From an uncultured Phycisphaerales bacterium (GTDB taxonomy: Bacteria > Planctomycetota > Phycisphaerae > Tepidisphaerales > Tepidisphaeraceae), in NCBI GenBank assembly GCA_963755915.1, contig CAVWLP010000002.1, positions 2,432,001 to 2,496,000 of the forward strand: DNA of 64,000 nt. The letters are read 5' to 3'. Positions 1 through 10,377 of the stretch are shown in pieces. The position numbers were made by a program, and so were the translations under genes. The first letter of the stretch is position 1; every line of letters starts with the position of its first letter. The notes under the pieces are model-generated. The model was not told the origin of the DNA and made no database searches. It worked only from the letters and a program-made list of their open reading frames with translations.

Positions 1-458
1 CGGGGCCTCGAGAAGATCGAAACATTTCGCGGTGAGGCGGGGCCGTACACCTGGCTCTTCCGGATCGGCATGAATCTGGCGATCAGCAATCTTCGCCGAA
101 ATCAGCGCCCGCGTGTTTTCTCGCTCGACGCCGGCCCGCACCGCGCAAACGGCAGTTCCCGGCGCGAAAATCAGGCGGCGGCGCTGGTCGACCGCATCAC
201 CACTTCCAAGACGGAATCGCCTCCTGAGGCGGCGGAGCGAAGCGAGCGGCATCAGATTGTTCTCGACGCCCTGGGGCGGCTCGACGCCGAGTATCGCGCG
301 GTTCTCATTATGCGGGACGTGGAGGGATTCGATTATCAGCAGATGGCGGATGTGCTGGCTTTGCCGCTGGGGACGCTTAAGAGCCGGCTCTTCCGCGCCG
401 CTTGGCGCTGCGGGATGAGCTGGGAGCGTACCTGGCGGATCGAAAGGCGAGGAAATAG
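1..458 (+). CDS. ECF sigma-70 factor, 5'-truncated by the window, 1-nt frameshift near 398
   Basis: Frame 1 reads RGLEKIETFRGEAGPYTWLFRIGMNL (region 2) and YRAVLIMRDVEGFDYQQMADVLALPLGTLKSRLFRA (region 4). The other frame continues LALRDELGAYLADRKARK to TAG at 456-458. Confidence 0.85.
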
Positions 459-459
459 C

Positions 460-1900
460 GTGGAAAATATTGAAGCCATGCTCTGTGCGTTCATTGAGGG
501 CGATCTCGACGCCGCCGGCAAGGCGCAGATCGAAAAGCACCTCAAGGACAACCCGCAGCATAAAAAGCTGCTCCATGAGCTGACGGCGATGCGCGACCTG
601 GTGCGGAATCTTCCCCGGGTGCGGGCGCCGATCGATGTGGGCGATTCGCTGCGGCAGAAGGTGGAGCGCTCGCTGCTTCTGGACGATTCGGCCGCGCTGG
701 TTCCGGAGCGCAGCGGCGCAAGCCGGTGGCCGCAGTTTTTTGGGATCGCGGCTGTGGTGCTGCTCTTCGCTTCGCTGGGATTCATCGTCTTTAAGGCGAT
801 CAGCCCGACGCTGAAGCCGGCGGTGATCACGCAATCGGTGGCGATCGTGCCGATGCAGCAAGCCGAGCCGATGGCCGGGGCGCTTTCAAAAGTTTCGCCG
901 CTGGTTTCAACGGAGAAGGAAATGGTGGCGCCCGGGCCCGTTGCGTCCAAGGTTGTGCCAACCGCGGCGCCCTCTCCGCAGGCCAGCTTTCTGCGCTCGC
1001 TTCAGCAGCTGCAAGCTCTAAACGCTTCGCCCGTCCAACCGGACATCAACGTGATCCGCAAGCGGCTTGCGGATTTTGGATATGACATTCATGCGCCGGA
1101 AGGTTCCGTACTTACCGCCGGCAACGATGGCGGGCAGCCGGGCCCGATTCTCATGGTCGTCAATACCAGCGATCCCCTGGCGACCAAGGTGCAGATCGCA
1201 CAATTCCTGAGCAATAGCAGCGGTGTTTCCTGGAACGTGGTTCCGGCGGCGGCTCAAGCGCCGGGGCGCAACGACTCTGCCCAGCACGGGCGGCGCGGCT
1301 GTGGCGAACAATTCGATTGCGATTCCGCCCGCCGTGGGCAGCGTCACGGGCGCTGTCGCTGCATCCGTAAATGGCAGCGCAACGACGCAGCCCTCCGCGC
1401 CGGAAGATTTGTATGTCGCCCACGGCCTCGACGCCGAAAAGGCAGACGCGCTGCGCCAATCGCTGATTGTTCCCCAGAACGGGTCGCAGGTGCAGGTTAC
1501 GATGCAGTCGGCGCTGGGGCTGGTGACGACGCGGCCGAGTGATCTTTCGAGCGCTCAGGTCGCCGCGAATTCAACCGCATTGGCGGGCGCGCCTTCCACT
1601 CAACCGGCGCAGGCCGCCAATGCCGCGGTCGCCCTGGTACAGCGGGAGGCAATAACTCCCATGATTGCCGCGCAAACACCGGCAGATGAAAATGCCAACG
1701 CTTCAGGCTCTGGTGCGCCGGTATTGCACGAAGTCGACACGGTTATCGTTCTCAATCCAGTCGAGATGCTTCCCTCGGGTGTGATTGCTCCTCCACCGAC
1801 AGCGGCGGCCGAGTCGATCACCACGCAGCCGACGCTTCAGAATGCGCCGCTGGAGAATCTCGCCCCGGCCACGCAGCCGGCGGCGACGACACAGCCTTGA
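460..1900 (+). CDS. Putative membrane anti-sigma factor with Ala/Pro/Thr-rich extracytoplasmic tail (frameshift near 1260)
   Basis: GTG directly after the sigma stop. AFIEGDLDAAGKAQIEKHL resembles an anti-sigma N-terminus; one TM helix (FFGIAAVVLLFASLGFIVF); continues in ORF 1223..1900 ending ATQPAATTQP. Confidence 0.7.
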
Positions 1901-2003
1901 AGCGATTGCCTATTGAAGGTCCCGTTGCGCATTTCAATAGGCAATAGGAAATAGGCAATCTCATATACACTTCCCTCTGCCCACGGTAATCTGTCCCCAA
2001 TAC

Positions 2004-2894
2004 ATGCACCCCGTCACCATCGAAAACGACGCCATCCGAATGGAAGTCTGGCCGCAGATCGGCGGCAAGGTTTCCAGCATCGTCGATAAGAAAGATCATT
2101 ACGAGCTTTTGTTCGCCTATCCTGCCGAGCTTCCGGATTCGCCGCATTACGACGCTCCTTACGGCGATCACTGGTACAGCGGGTGGGACGAATGCTTTCC
2201 GGCCGTCGCGCGGAGCACCTATCCGCGCCATCCGTACAACGGCATTGCCGTTCCCGATCACGGCGAGCTCTGGGGCATCCCCACGACCACGGCAGTTCCG
2301 ACGAAAGATGGGATCACCACCGTCTGGAACGGGCTTCGATTCGGCTATCGCCTGACGCGAAAACTCTACCTCCAGAATTCATCGATCGTCGCCGAGTATG
2401 ATCTGATGAACCTGGCGCCGTTTGAGTTTCGCTTTGTCTGGGCGATGCATTCGCTGATGTCGCTGATTCAGCCGGTGGAGATTCAGGTGCAGCAGAAATC
2501 GTTTCGGTGGAGTCATGATGCGGAGGGGAAGCGATACGACGCGGCATTCACCTGGCCGACGGGGGTTGAAGGGGAGGACTTTTCCCGACCCGATTCGCTG
2601 CCGGTGAAGCGCGGTTGGAAGCTTTTCACGGCCGAACCGATTCAGTCGGCACTCGTGGTTTCCTACCCCACGCGCAAGCGGACTCTGCGGCTGGAATATG
2701 CCTCGCCCGACACTCTTCCCGCGTATTGGGGGATATGGATCAACACCGGTGGATGGGCCGGGAACCGGCATTTCGCAGCCGAGCCTACCACCGGAAGATA
2801 CGACGAAATCGACCGCAGTATTGAAGACACTTCCGCGGGGCAGATCGGGCCGTTTGGGCGCCGGCAATGGTCGGTTCGCATGACGCTGGCGTAA
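2004..2894 (+). CDS. Galactose mutarotase-like (aldose 1-epimerase superfamily) protein
   Basis: IGGKVSSI, SGWDECFP, PDHGELW and WAMH motifs; intact 296-aa ORF. Confidence 0.7.
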   Translation: MHPVTIENDAIRMEVWPQIGGKVSSIVDKKDHYELLFAYPAELPDSPHYDAPYGDHWYSGWDECFPAVARSTYPRHPYNGIAVPDHGELWGIPTTTAVPTKDGITTVWNGLRFGYRLTRKLYLQNSSIVAEYDLMNLAPFEFRFVWAMHSLMSLIQPVEIQVQQKSFRWSHDAEGKRYDAAFTWPTGVEGEDFSRPDSLPVKRGWKLFTAEPIQSALVVSYPTRKRTLRLEYASPDTLPAYWGIWINTGGWAGNRHFAAEPTTGRYDEIDRSIEDTSAGQIGPFGRRQWSVRMTLA

Positions 2895-2971
2895 AAAATT
2901 TCTCACCCGCTCTGTTACTTTTTTCCCCCTGGCGCATTCAATAATTGATTGCACTGAAGCCAGCAAAAGCT

Positions 2972-3616
2972 TCAGAATAACTTAAGGCGATTCTTTCCCT
3001 CCCCTGAGCCTCGGACGCACCTCCCCGCGTCCGAGGTTTTTTTATTGGGGTTATTTTGGGGGGGTGTTTTTATGCGCAGCGCGGCAATGATTCGCCACTG
3101 GGTCAGCGCCATGTACCCCAGCAAAAGAACGCCAAGGCCGGGGACGAGGGGAAAGCCGTTGATCTGCTCGGAGCGGATGATGACGATTACGTTAAAAAGC
3201 GCGGCTGCGACGGTTACTACAAACGCAAAAACGATTGGCCCAACTTTTCGCGACACCGCAAGGACAATTCCTTCGACAATCAAAGCTGCCGCAAAGACCG
3301 TTATTCCCAGGTCGGTCAGAAAGAAGATGCTTTTCAGATAGGGGATGGTGTTTCCATCGGGGCCGGTGACGGGATTATTTTGCTGGAAGGCGTCGGGAGA
3401 GGAGATGAACTTAATGGTGTTGGGGAAAATAATCAGCAGCAGAATTCCCAGGCCGATGCTGATCCAGGCCTCGGCCAAACCCATGGGAGGGCTTGGCGCG
3501 GGCATACGGCTCAACGGCGCGGGAGACGCGGGGACCGGATCGGGGATTTCGGAAGCAGCGGGCGGTGGTTGAGACTCGCCGGTTTTTGAAAGCTTTGGCA
3601 ATTTTGAAATGTCCAT
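2972..3616 (-). CDS. Hypothetical membrane protein (about 4 TM helices); C-terminal tail uncertain
   Basis: MDISKLPKLS start, Pro-rich linker, four hydrophobic segments. The tail runs through a terminator-like hairpin. Confidence 0.6.
   Translation of the reverse strand: MDISKLPKLSKTGESQPPPAASEIPDPVPASPAPLSRMPAPSPPMGLAEAWISIGLGILLLIIFPNTIKFISSPDAFQQNNPVTGPDGNTIPYLKSIFFLTDLGITVFAAALIVEGIVLAVSRKVGPIVFAFVVTVAAALFNVIVIIRSEQINGFPLVPGLGVLLLGYMALTQWRIIAALRIKTPPQNNPNKKTSDAGRCVRGSGEGKNRLKLF
3009..3043 (+). terminator. Rho-independent terminator-like hairpin
   Basis: CCTCGGACGC-acctcccc-GCGTCCGAGG followed by T7. Confidence 0.7.
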
Positions 3617-3776
3617 ACGGGCTTGCTCCAAGTAGCTGGATGCTTGACCCTGTGGCGCAATCAATGTAAAGACCGCAGGCCGCGGATTCAAACTTTAAGA
3701 CGTAGTCCTTTATCCTTCTGCCGGTCTTGCGGAGGATTGCAGGGATATAGGTCGTTTGAGCATTTGTCGCGTAGGG

Positions 3777-3847
3777 CCCTCACCCCGGCCCTCTCCTCTT
3801 CGAGCCTGAGCCTCAGAGCCGAAGGCCGGAATACCGGGAGAGGGGGA
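3777..3847. repeat. REP-like palindrome (CCCTCACCCCGGCCCTCTCCC...GGGAGAGGG family) carrying a 30-nt nested insert
   Basis: Matches the copies at 19294-19333 and 19742-19780 once 3797-3826 is removed. Confidence 0.65.
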
Positions 3848-3867
3848 GTGATTTGGCGGAGAATTTC

Positions 3868-4914
3868 ATGGCGGATGTATCGGATCAGATCGACGCACTT
3901 GCCGCCCAGGCGGACGCGGAGCTTTCGGCCGTCGCCAATTCCCCCCAGCTTGAGCAGTTCCGGATCAAATTCCTGGGCGGCAAGGGCGCGATTAAGGGAC
4001 TCATGAAACTGCTGGGGCAGTTGCCCAAGGATCAGAAGCCGGCCTTTGGGCAGAAAATCAACGCACTTCAGGACCGGGTTCAAGCGGCCTTCGAAGCCCG
4101 GAGCGTCCAGCTTTCCGCCGGCGGGGCGAGCGACGTCACCGTCGACATCACCGAGCCTGGCATCCGCCCGCACATCGGCAATCGCCATATCCTCATGAAG
4201 GTCGTCAACGAGCTGACCGAACTTTTTGGGCGGATGGGTTTCGCGCTCGCCTCCGGGCCGGAAGTCGAAGACGAATTCCACAACTTCATCGCGCTGAATA
4301 TTCCACAGAGCCATCCGGCGCGCGATCCGCTCGATAATTTCTATCTCGCCTCCGATATCGGCGAAGGGCAATCAACCGGCCTGGATCGCGAAGGGGGCGG
4401 CCAACTCAAGCTCCTTCGTACGCAAACCAGCACCGTGCAGATTCGCGTGATGGAAAAGCAAAAGCCGCCGATTCGCGTGGTGATTCCCGGGCGGGTTTAT
4501 CGGCCGGATACGCATGACGACACGCACCTCTCGATGTTTCACCAGCTTGAAGCGCTGGTCGTGGACAAAAACGTGACGATGGTCGATCTGAAAAGCACGA
4601 TCGACCAGTTCGTTCACGCCTACTTTGGCAAGGAGGCCAAAGTGCGTTTCCGACCCAGCTTTTTCCCGTTCACCGAACCCTCCGCCGAGGTGGACATCTG
4701 GTTCGACCGGCCCGGCGGAAAGAGCGGGTGGGTGGAGTTCGGCGGGTGCGGCATGGTTCATCCCAACGTCTTCAAAGCCGTCAACATCGACCCCGAGCAG
4801 TACACCGGCTGGGCGTTTGGCTTCGGCATCGAGCGCATCGCCATGCGGAAATACGGGATTAACAACATCCGGCTTTTCGTCGAAAATGACATCCGGTTTT
4901 TGCAGCAGTTTTAG
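3868..4914 (+). CDS. pheS: Phenylalanine--tRNA ligase alpha subunit
   Basis: HPARDPLDNFY, LLRTQTS, PGRVYR, FHQLE, FRPSFFPFTEPSAEVD, GWAFGFGIERIAM. Confidence 0.97.
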   Translation: MADVSDQIDALAAQADAELSAVANSPQLEQFRIKFLGGKGAIKGLMKLLGQLPKDQKPAFGQKINALQDRVQAAFEARSVQLSAGGASDVTVDITEPGIRPHIGNRHILMKVVNELTELFGRMGFALASGPEVEDEFHNFIALNIPQSHPARDPLDNFYLASDIGEGQSTGLDREGGGQLKLLRTQTSTVQIRVMEKQKPPIRVVIPGRVYRPDTHDDTHLSMFHQLEALVVDKNVTMVDLKSTIDQFVHAYFGKEAKVRFRPSFFPFTEPSAEVDIWFDRPGGKSGWVEFGGCGMVHPNVFKAVNIDPEQYTGWAFGFGIERIAMRKYGINNIRLFVENDIRFLQQF

Positions 4915-4925
4915 AATGGCACCGT

Positions 4926-5558
4926 ATGGCCGAGCAGAAAAAACCATCGACCGAAGGCGCATCGCGCGAAACCGGGATCATCGAAGTCCACGTCAACGAA
5001 ATTGAGCAGCTTTTCAATTCGATCGACCCGTCGCCGTTCCGGGAAAAGGATCTCGACGACGACGCCCACGAATTTATTCTGAGCTGGGCGAAGGAACTGC
5101 CGGTAAATATGCCGCTCACGCTGCTGGTGCATTTGGATCGTGGCGCCGTTCCCGCCGAGGCCCAGGCAATGCTCACTGAAGCGGTGCACGGGTTTTATTC
5201 GCATCGGGCGGAGTTGGCTCGCCAGAGACTTCACCAGCTTCTGCGGACGGGACGAACGAGCCTCATTATCGGACTGGCCTTCCTGGCCGGGTGCATTCTT
5301 CTGGGCGACTGGGTCGGTCACAGGGCCCATGAAATAGAGCTGGGGGAGATTCTGCACGAAAGCCTCCTCATCGGCGGGTGGGTGGCGATGTGGCGGCCGC
5401 TGGAGATATTTCTGTATGACTGGTGGCCGATCCGCAACGAAGCACGCATCTACGACCGGCTGAGCCAGATGAAGCTGCAGATAAGGTGCTCGAACCGGTC
5501 AAATTCGGGTGCGTTCGCCCCTGCAACTTCGGCCGCCGGAACCGCAAAACCGGCGTAA
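4926..5558 (+). CDS. Hypothetical membrane protein
   Basis: QLFNSIDPSPFREKDLD...IGGWVAMWRPLEIFLYDWWP; two hydrophobic segments. Confidence 0.7.
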   Translation: MAEQKKPSTEGASRETGIIEVHVNEIEQLFNSIDPSPFREKDLDDDAHEFILSWAKELPVNMPLTLLVHLDRGAVPAEAQAMLTEAVHGFYSHRAELARQRLHQLLRTGRTSLIIGLAFLAGCILLGDWVGHRAHEIELGEILHESLLIGGWVAMWRPLEIFLYDWWPIRNEARIYDRLSQMKLQIRCSNRSNSGAFAPATSAAGTAKPA

Positions 5559-5623
5559 GCCGGGGCCGGATTGATAGGAGCTTTCGCGGCATGATTTGCT
5601 AGAATAGATGTGACGGTGATCCA

Positions 5624-6193
5624 ATGACTTTAGCCGAGCCCAAAACGCGTCGCTTTTCGCGAGACGAATACTATCGCATGGCCGAGCAGGGATATTTTGC
5701 CGGCCAGCGCGTTCAACTTCTGAAGGGAGAAATTCTTGAAATGCCTCCCCAGGGACACGCTCACTTTAAAGCGCTTCACCAAATGGCCGTTTATTTGGAA
5801 TCCGTTTTTGGAGACAAGCATTGGGTTCGTCCTCAAGGTCCGATGAACGCCCTTGAGGATTCTGAGCCGGAACCCGATGTCGCTGTTACCGAGCACGATG
5901 TGAAATGGTACAAGGATCATCCAGCCAGTGCTCTGCTCGTGGTGGAAGTCGCGGATAGCAGCATATATCTTGATCGTCGCAAGGCCGGGCTCTATGCCGC
6001 GGCCGGCGTTCGGGAATATTGGATACTCAATCTTAATTCCCGCAAGCTTGAAGTTTTCCGCGATCCGGTGCCCGATCGGGACAATGAGTTTGGTCATGCG
6101 TACTCGGTGAAGATGGAAATAGGTGAGAACGAGTTCGTTTCTCCCGCCGCCCGACCGGACGCGAAAGCTCTTGTGAGAGAGCTTTTGGACTAG
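5624..6193 (+). CDS. Uma2-family (DUF820) putative endonuclease
   Basis: SEPEPDVAV, LLVVEVADSS, KAGLYAAAGVREYWILNL. Confidence 0.9.
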   Translation: MTLAEPKTRRFSRDEYYRMAEQGYFAGQRVQLLKGEILEMPPQGHAHFKALHQMAVYLESVFGDKHWVRPQGPMNALEDSEPEPDVAVTEHDVKWYKDHPASALLVVEVADSSIYLDRRKAGLYAAAGVREYWILNLNSRKLEVFRDPVPDRDNEFGHAYSVKMEIGENEFVSPAARPDAKALVRELLD

Positions 6194-6238
6194 ACGGTGG
6201 TTCTCTACCCGGCTTCCTCCAAAATCTCCCCGTCCCGC

Positions 6239-7045
6239 ATGAAACCCCGCAAAAATCTCCCCAGCCCCAAATCCTCCACCCACTGGGGCGACGTCGCCGA
6301 GTGGTACGACGATCATGTCGGCGACCGTGGCGGCGAATATCACGAAAAAGTGGTCATCCCCGGCGCCCTTCGACTCCTTGCTCCCAGCGCGGGTCAAAAA
6401 ATGATCGACGTCGCCTGCGGGCAGGGCGTTCTTTGCAGAGCGTTGCATGAGCGCGGGGTTGAAGTGACCGGCATCGATGCCGCAAAGGAACTAATCGAAT
6501 CAGCCCGCAAGCGCGGCCCCGCCGAAATCAAATATCTCGTCGGCGACGCGCGCGAGCTTTCTCATCTTCCCGCCACACATTTCGCCGCCGCCGCCTGCGT
6601 GCTGGCGATTCAGAACATCCATCCCCTTCCGCCGGTTTTCCAGGGCATCGTGCGATTGCTCAAACCCGCCGGCCGCGTGGTCATTGTTATGATGCACCCC
6701 TGTTTTCGCGGCCCGAAGGAAACGAGCTGGGGGTGGGACCAATCGGCCGGCGTGCAATTCCGCCGGGTTGATCGCTACCTGATCCCCCGAAAAACGCCTA
6801 TCGTCACCCATCCCGGCTCCGATCCCAACCATTACACCTGGACGTTCCACCGGCCGCTGGGCGCCTACGTCAAATCCTTGCGTCAATCCGGCCTGCTGAT
6901 CGACGCGCTGGAAGAATGGCCGAGCCATAAAAAAAGCACCAGCGGCCCCCGCGCCGCCGCCGAAAATCAGGCCCGCGAGGAAATTCCGATGTTTCTGGCG
7001 ATTCGGGCGCTTCGCCCGCACAACGAGCTTGCGAACTCTTCATAG
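6239..7045 (+). CDS. Class I SAM-dependent methyltransferase
   Basis: IDVACGQG motif I, VTGIDA, GDARE. Confidence 0.85.
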   Translation: MKPRKNLPSPKSSTHWGDVAEWYDDHVGDRGGEYHEKVVIPGALRLLAPSAGQKMIDVACGQGVLCRALHERGVEVTGIDAAKELIESARKRGPAEIKYLVGDARELSHLPATHFAAAACVLAIQNIHPLPPVFQGIVRLLKPAGRVVIVMMHPCFRGPKETSWGWDQSAGVQFRRVDRYLIPRKTPIVTHPGSDPNHYTWTFHRPLGAYVKSLRQSGLLIDALEEWPSHKKSTSGPRAAAENQAREEIPMFLAIRALRPHNELANSS

Positions 7046-7064
7046 CAGGCGTAACGTGAGTAGC

Positions 7065-7394
7065 ATGACGACCCGAAGCCTGCCAATCACCGCCCTGGCC
7101 GCACTTTCGATTTGCATTGGCTGCGTGGCCCTGGCTGATGACATGCCCGCGATGCAGAGCCAAAGCTCCGATCCCGCGACTCAACCCTCAATGCCCCCGT
7201 TTCAAGCCATCGATCTTCACAACACGATTTGCGTTGTCAGCGGTGACGCGGTCGGCAATTCCAATCTCGTAGAGGTTTATGACGGCAAGATTTATCACCT
7301 CTGTTGCCCCGATTGCCACAAGGATTTTGAGAAAGATCCCGCCAAATACGCCGCCGCCGTTGCCGCGAATCCCGGCAAATACGGGATAAAGTAA
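7065..7394 (+). CDS. Secreted YHS/TRASH-like metal-binding protein
   Basis: Signal peptide, then CVVSG and YDGKIYHLCCPDCHKDFEKDPAKY. Confidence 0.8.
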   Translation: MTTRSLPITALAALSICIGCVALADDMPAMQSQSSDPATQPSMPPFQAIDLHNTICVVSGDAVGNSNLVEVYDGKIYHLCCPDCHKDFEKDPAKYAAAVAANPGKYGIK

Positions 7395-7408
7395 ACCAGC
7401 CGCGAGTT

Positions 7409-8499
7409 TCATCCCCCAACTTCGTTGAGATAATCGATCAGCATTCGCAGCCGCGCATGGTCGCGCCGATTAAACGCGAATATCAGCCGCGGCAGCTTTT
7501 CGAGTCCCGGCTCATCATGCTCGGCGGCAAGTGCGTGCCCCGTCCGGAACGTCCCGCTAACCAGAAGATCCGAAAATCGCTCGCTTATTTCAGCAAGTTG
7601 CTCTCGCGTCAATGGATGATGCAGCCGAATGATCACGTCGTCGCGGAAATAGCGGATGCTGTGATAATTGCTGTAGAACCGGCGCACCTCCTCCACGGCC
7701 TCATCCACCTTGTCGGTGATCTTGTACAGGTGTGAATCGTCCGGCCCTACCAGCCCGCGCGTGACGAGCTGGTCCTGAACGTATGCCTCCCACTGCTTCC
7801 AGTAATCGCCACCGGGCCTGTCGACGAAGACGATGGGCATCGGCACCGATTTGCCCGTCTGCACCAGCGTCAAAACCTCAAACCCCTCGTCCATAGTCCC
7901 GAATCCGCCGGGAAAAAGCGCAATCGCATGGCTCGACCTCACGAACACCAGCTTGCGCGTGAAAAAATATTTGAAATTGATCAGCTTCTTATCGTTCGCG
8001 ATGGTCGTGTTGGTCTTCTGCTCGAACGGCAGACGGATCGCCAGCCCAAAGCTCGGATCGGGGCCGGCGCCTCCATGCCCCGCCGCCATGATGCCGCCTC
8101 CCGCGCCGGTAATTACCATCCAGCCCGAAGAGGCCATCTTGCGGGCAAACTCGGCGGCCTGCTTGTAATCGTCGTGCGATTCATCCGTCCCGCGCTGCCG
8201 AAAATGCTCACCTTCCTCACGTCCCGGTACGGCGCGAATATTTTCAGGGCGTACCGCAGTTCCTTGAATGATTTGTTGATCAGCTTGATGTCGCCGCGAT
8301 TGGTCTGGTCGCGCAGCAGCTTCATCGCGTTGTCGACGATTTCGCCGACGAGGTCTCCCTCCTCGATCGATCGCAGCTCCTCGATGAGCTTCAGGGCCAG
8401 CTTCTGCACGTCGGCGAGCTGGGCCCGGCTGGCGACGTGCGGCAGCTCGCTGGTCTCCTGAGATTGCTCGCTATCGCTTCCGCCGTCTGACGACTTCAT
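7409..8499 (-). CDS. LOG-family (TIGR00730-like) nucleotide-binding protein, frameshift near 8175
   Basis: KVSIFGSA in the upstream ORF; ITGAGGGIM, FFTRKLVF and FPGGFGTMDEGFE in the downstream ORF. Confidence 0.85.
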
Positions 8500-8649
8500 C
8501 GCTCTGGCCTCTTCCTCGGTCTCGTTTTGGGGGAGGGTATTATGCGATGACGCCCCACATCGCGAAAGGGGGCCGACGCTGAAGAATTACACATTGCTGC
8601 CAGAAATGGAAAATATTCTGCCGACGCCCCAAGCCCTCCGGCGGCGTCG

Positions 8650-10173
8650 CTACGACGCCAGAACCCGAAATCCTGGATGCCCTTGAACCGCGGCAGGAAA
8701 TTTGATCCCCACCGGCGAGTGAACCCGAACGCAATTCCGCCCCGCCTGCTTCGCGGCATAAACCGCCTTGTCGGCGGCCGCGATCAGCTCCGCGGCGTCC
8801 TGGAATCCGCACCCCACCGAATCCACCGCCACGCCAATGCTGACCGTCACTTTGATCGTCTTGCCCTCGAAGGCAACGCGCTGCCCCTCGATCGCCGTGC
8901 GAATTCGCTCGGCAAATTCATACGCATGATTTGCATCGCCATTGCCCAGCACGATGGCGATCTCCTCGCCGCCATAGCGCCCGGCATGATTCTTCCCGAT
9001 CATCGACTTCAGCAACTGCGCCGACTGCTTCAGCACCGCGTCTCCCGCCGGATGCCCGTGCGTGTCGTTGATCGCCTTGAACTTATCCACGTCCAGGAAG
9101 AGCACGGAAATCGCTCCGCCCGTCGCCCGCGCTTCTGAAAACGCGTTGGCAAGGATCTCCTCGAACTGCGCCCGGTTGGCCAGCCCGGTGAGCCCATCGG
9201 TGTCCGCCAGCATTTGCAGCGAGGCATTCTCCTTCACCAGTTGCTGCGAACGCATCTGATTTTGCAGCGCCATATCCACCAGCATCTGGCGGGCTTCCTG
9301 TTCGATTTCGCCGAAGGTGCGCCCGGGATGGATCGTCACTTCGAAAAGCTCAGCCAGCTCCTTGGTCTGGGCGTCGATCTGCTGAAGGATGGTTTTGATC
9401 CGCGGCTCCTGGAGTTCAAACCGCATGCGCAGCTCGTCCACCGCGCGCTGCAGCAGCCCGGTACATTTAGATGAGAAAACCTGTCCGCACAGAACGCCCG
9501 CGTAAACAAGCTCTGCCAGCCGGTTCCGCGGGCCCGCCTGTTCGAGGCTGTGATGCTGCCGGATCGGGTCCACCAGCGCCGGCGGAAACTTCCAGTGCTC
9601 GGCCAGCATCGCCCCCACCTCGGCATGATCCAGGTCAAACCGCTCGCGCGAAACCCGGATCAATTCCAGTTGGTTGCCGTTGGTTGTTTCCAGAAGTTCG
9701 TCGTACGGCTCACCCAGCGCCTGGTGCATTGCCAGGGTCCCGATATCGGTGAGCAGGCCCGCAAGGAACGATTCCTCATGCGTGCCGCGCTGAAGCGTCT
9801 TATCGAGCATGCGGGCCGCCACGGCAGAGTAAAGGCTCTGCCGCCAGAACCGCAGGTAGTCGAACTTGGGGCTCTTCTTTGTATTCAGTGCCCCCACCAG
9901 CGAAAACCCGAGCGCCACCGTTTTCACGGTCTGCATCCCCAGCAGCACCAGGGCGTGATTGATCGTCGCCACCTGGTGCGTCAATCCATAGAAGCTGCTG
10001 TTGACGGTGCGAATCACCTTGGCTGAGAGTGCCGGGTCGGCTGAGATCACCTTGCCCACCGTGGCAACGGAAGCATTCTCCTGCTTCACCAGCTCCAGCA
10101 CCCGGACGGCAACGCCCGGCAAAGAGGGAAGACGCGGATCGGCTTTGATCTTGGCGAGAAGTGGCTTATTCAT
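8650..10173 (-). CDS. HDOD-GGDEF diguanylate cyclase
   Basis: HDOD: LPSLP, DPALSAKVIRTVNSSFYG, DHAEVGAMLAEHWKFP. GGDEF: TDGLTGLANR, DVDKFKAIND, RYGGEEI. Confidence 0.92.
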   Translation of the reverse strand: MNKPLLAKIKADPRLPSLPGVAVRVLELVKQENASVATVGKVISADPALSAKVIRTVNSSFYGLTHQVATINHALVLLGMQTVKTVALGFSLVGALNTKKSPKFDYLRFWRQSLYSAVAARMLDKTLQRGTHEESFLAGLLTDIGTLAMHQALGEPYDELLETTNGNQLELIRVSRERFDLDHAEVGAMLAEHWKFPPALVDPIRQHHSLEQAGPRNRLAELVYAGVLCGQVFSSKCTGLLQRAVDELRMRFELQEPRIKTILQQIDAQTKELAELFEVTIHPGRTFGEIEQEARQMLVDMALQNQMRSQQLVKENASLQMLADTDGLTGLANRAQFEEILANAFSEARATGGAISVLFLDVDKFKAINDTHGHPAGDAVLKQSAQLLKSMIGKNHAGRYGGEEIAIVLGNGDANHAYEFAERIRTAIEGQRVAFEGKTIKVTVSIGVAVDSVGCGFQDAAELIAAADKAVYAAKQAGRNCVRVHSPVGIKFPAAVQGHPGFRVLAS

Positions 10174-10377
10174 TGAGGTTTTACAAGTGTAAGGAAAATC
10201 ACTTAGTTACCAGAAGATCGGAATAACTCCCGATCCGCTGAATTGATTTTTTGTCGCGGAGATTACCGAAAAAAGCGCAACCCCAATCCCGACCTTGCGC
10301 CATTTGCCACGAAATGGGTTTTGGCGGTTAGCTTGCTGATTTAGTGTCCGTCGCACTCTACCAATATAAATACATGC

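Noticed and set aside
70-1542. Apparent sigma/anti-sigma fusion ORF (490 aa)
   Set aside because: A 1-nt frameshift near 398 explains it; the sigma ends at TAG 456-458 and the next gene starts at GTG 460.
5624-7045. Restriction-modification pair (Uma2 + methyltransferase)
   Set aside because: The methyltransferase lacks DNA MTase catalytic motifs (DPPY/NPPY or PC), and Uma2 genes are commonly solitary.
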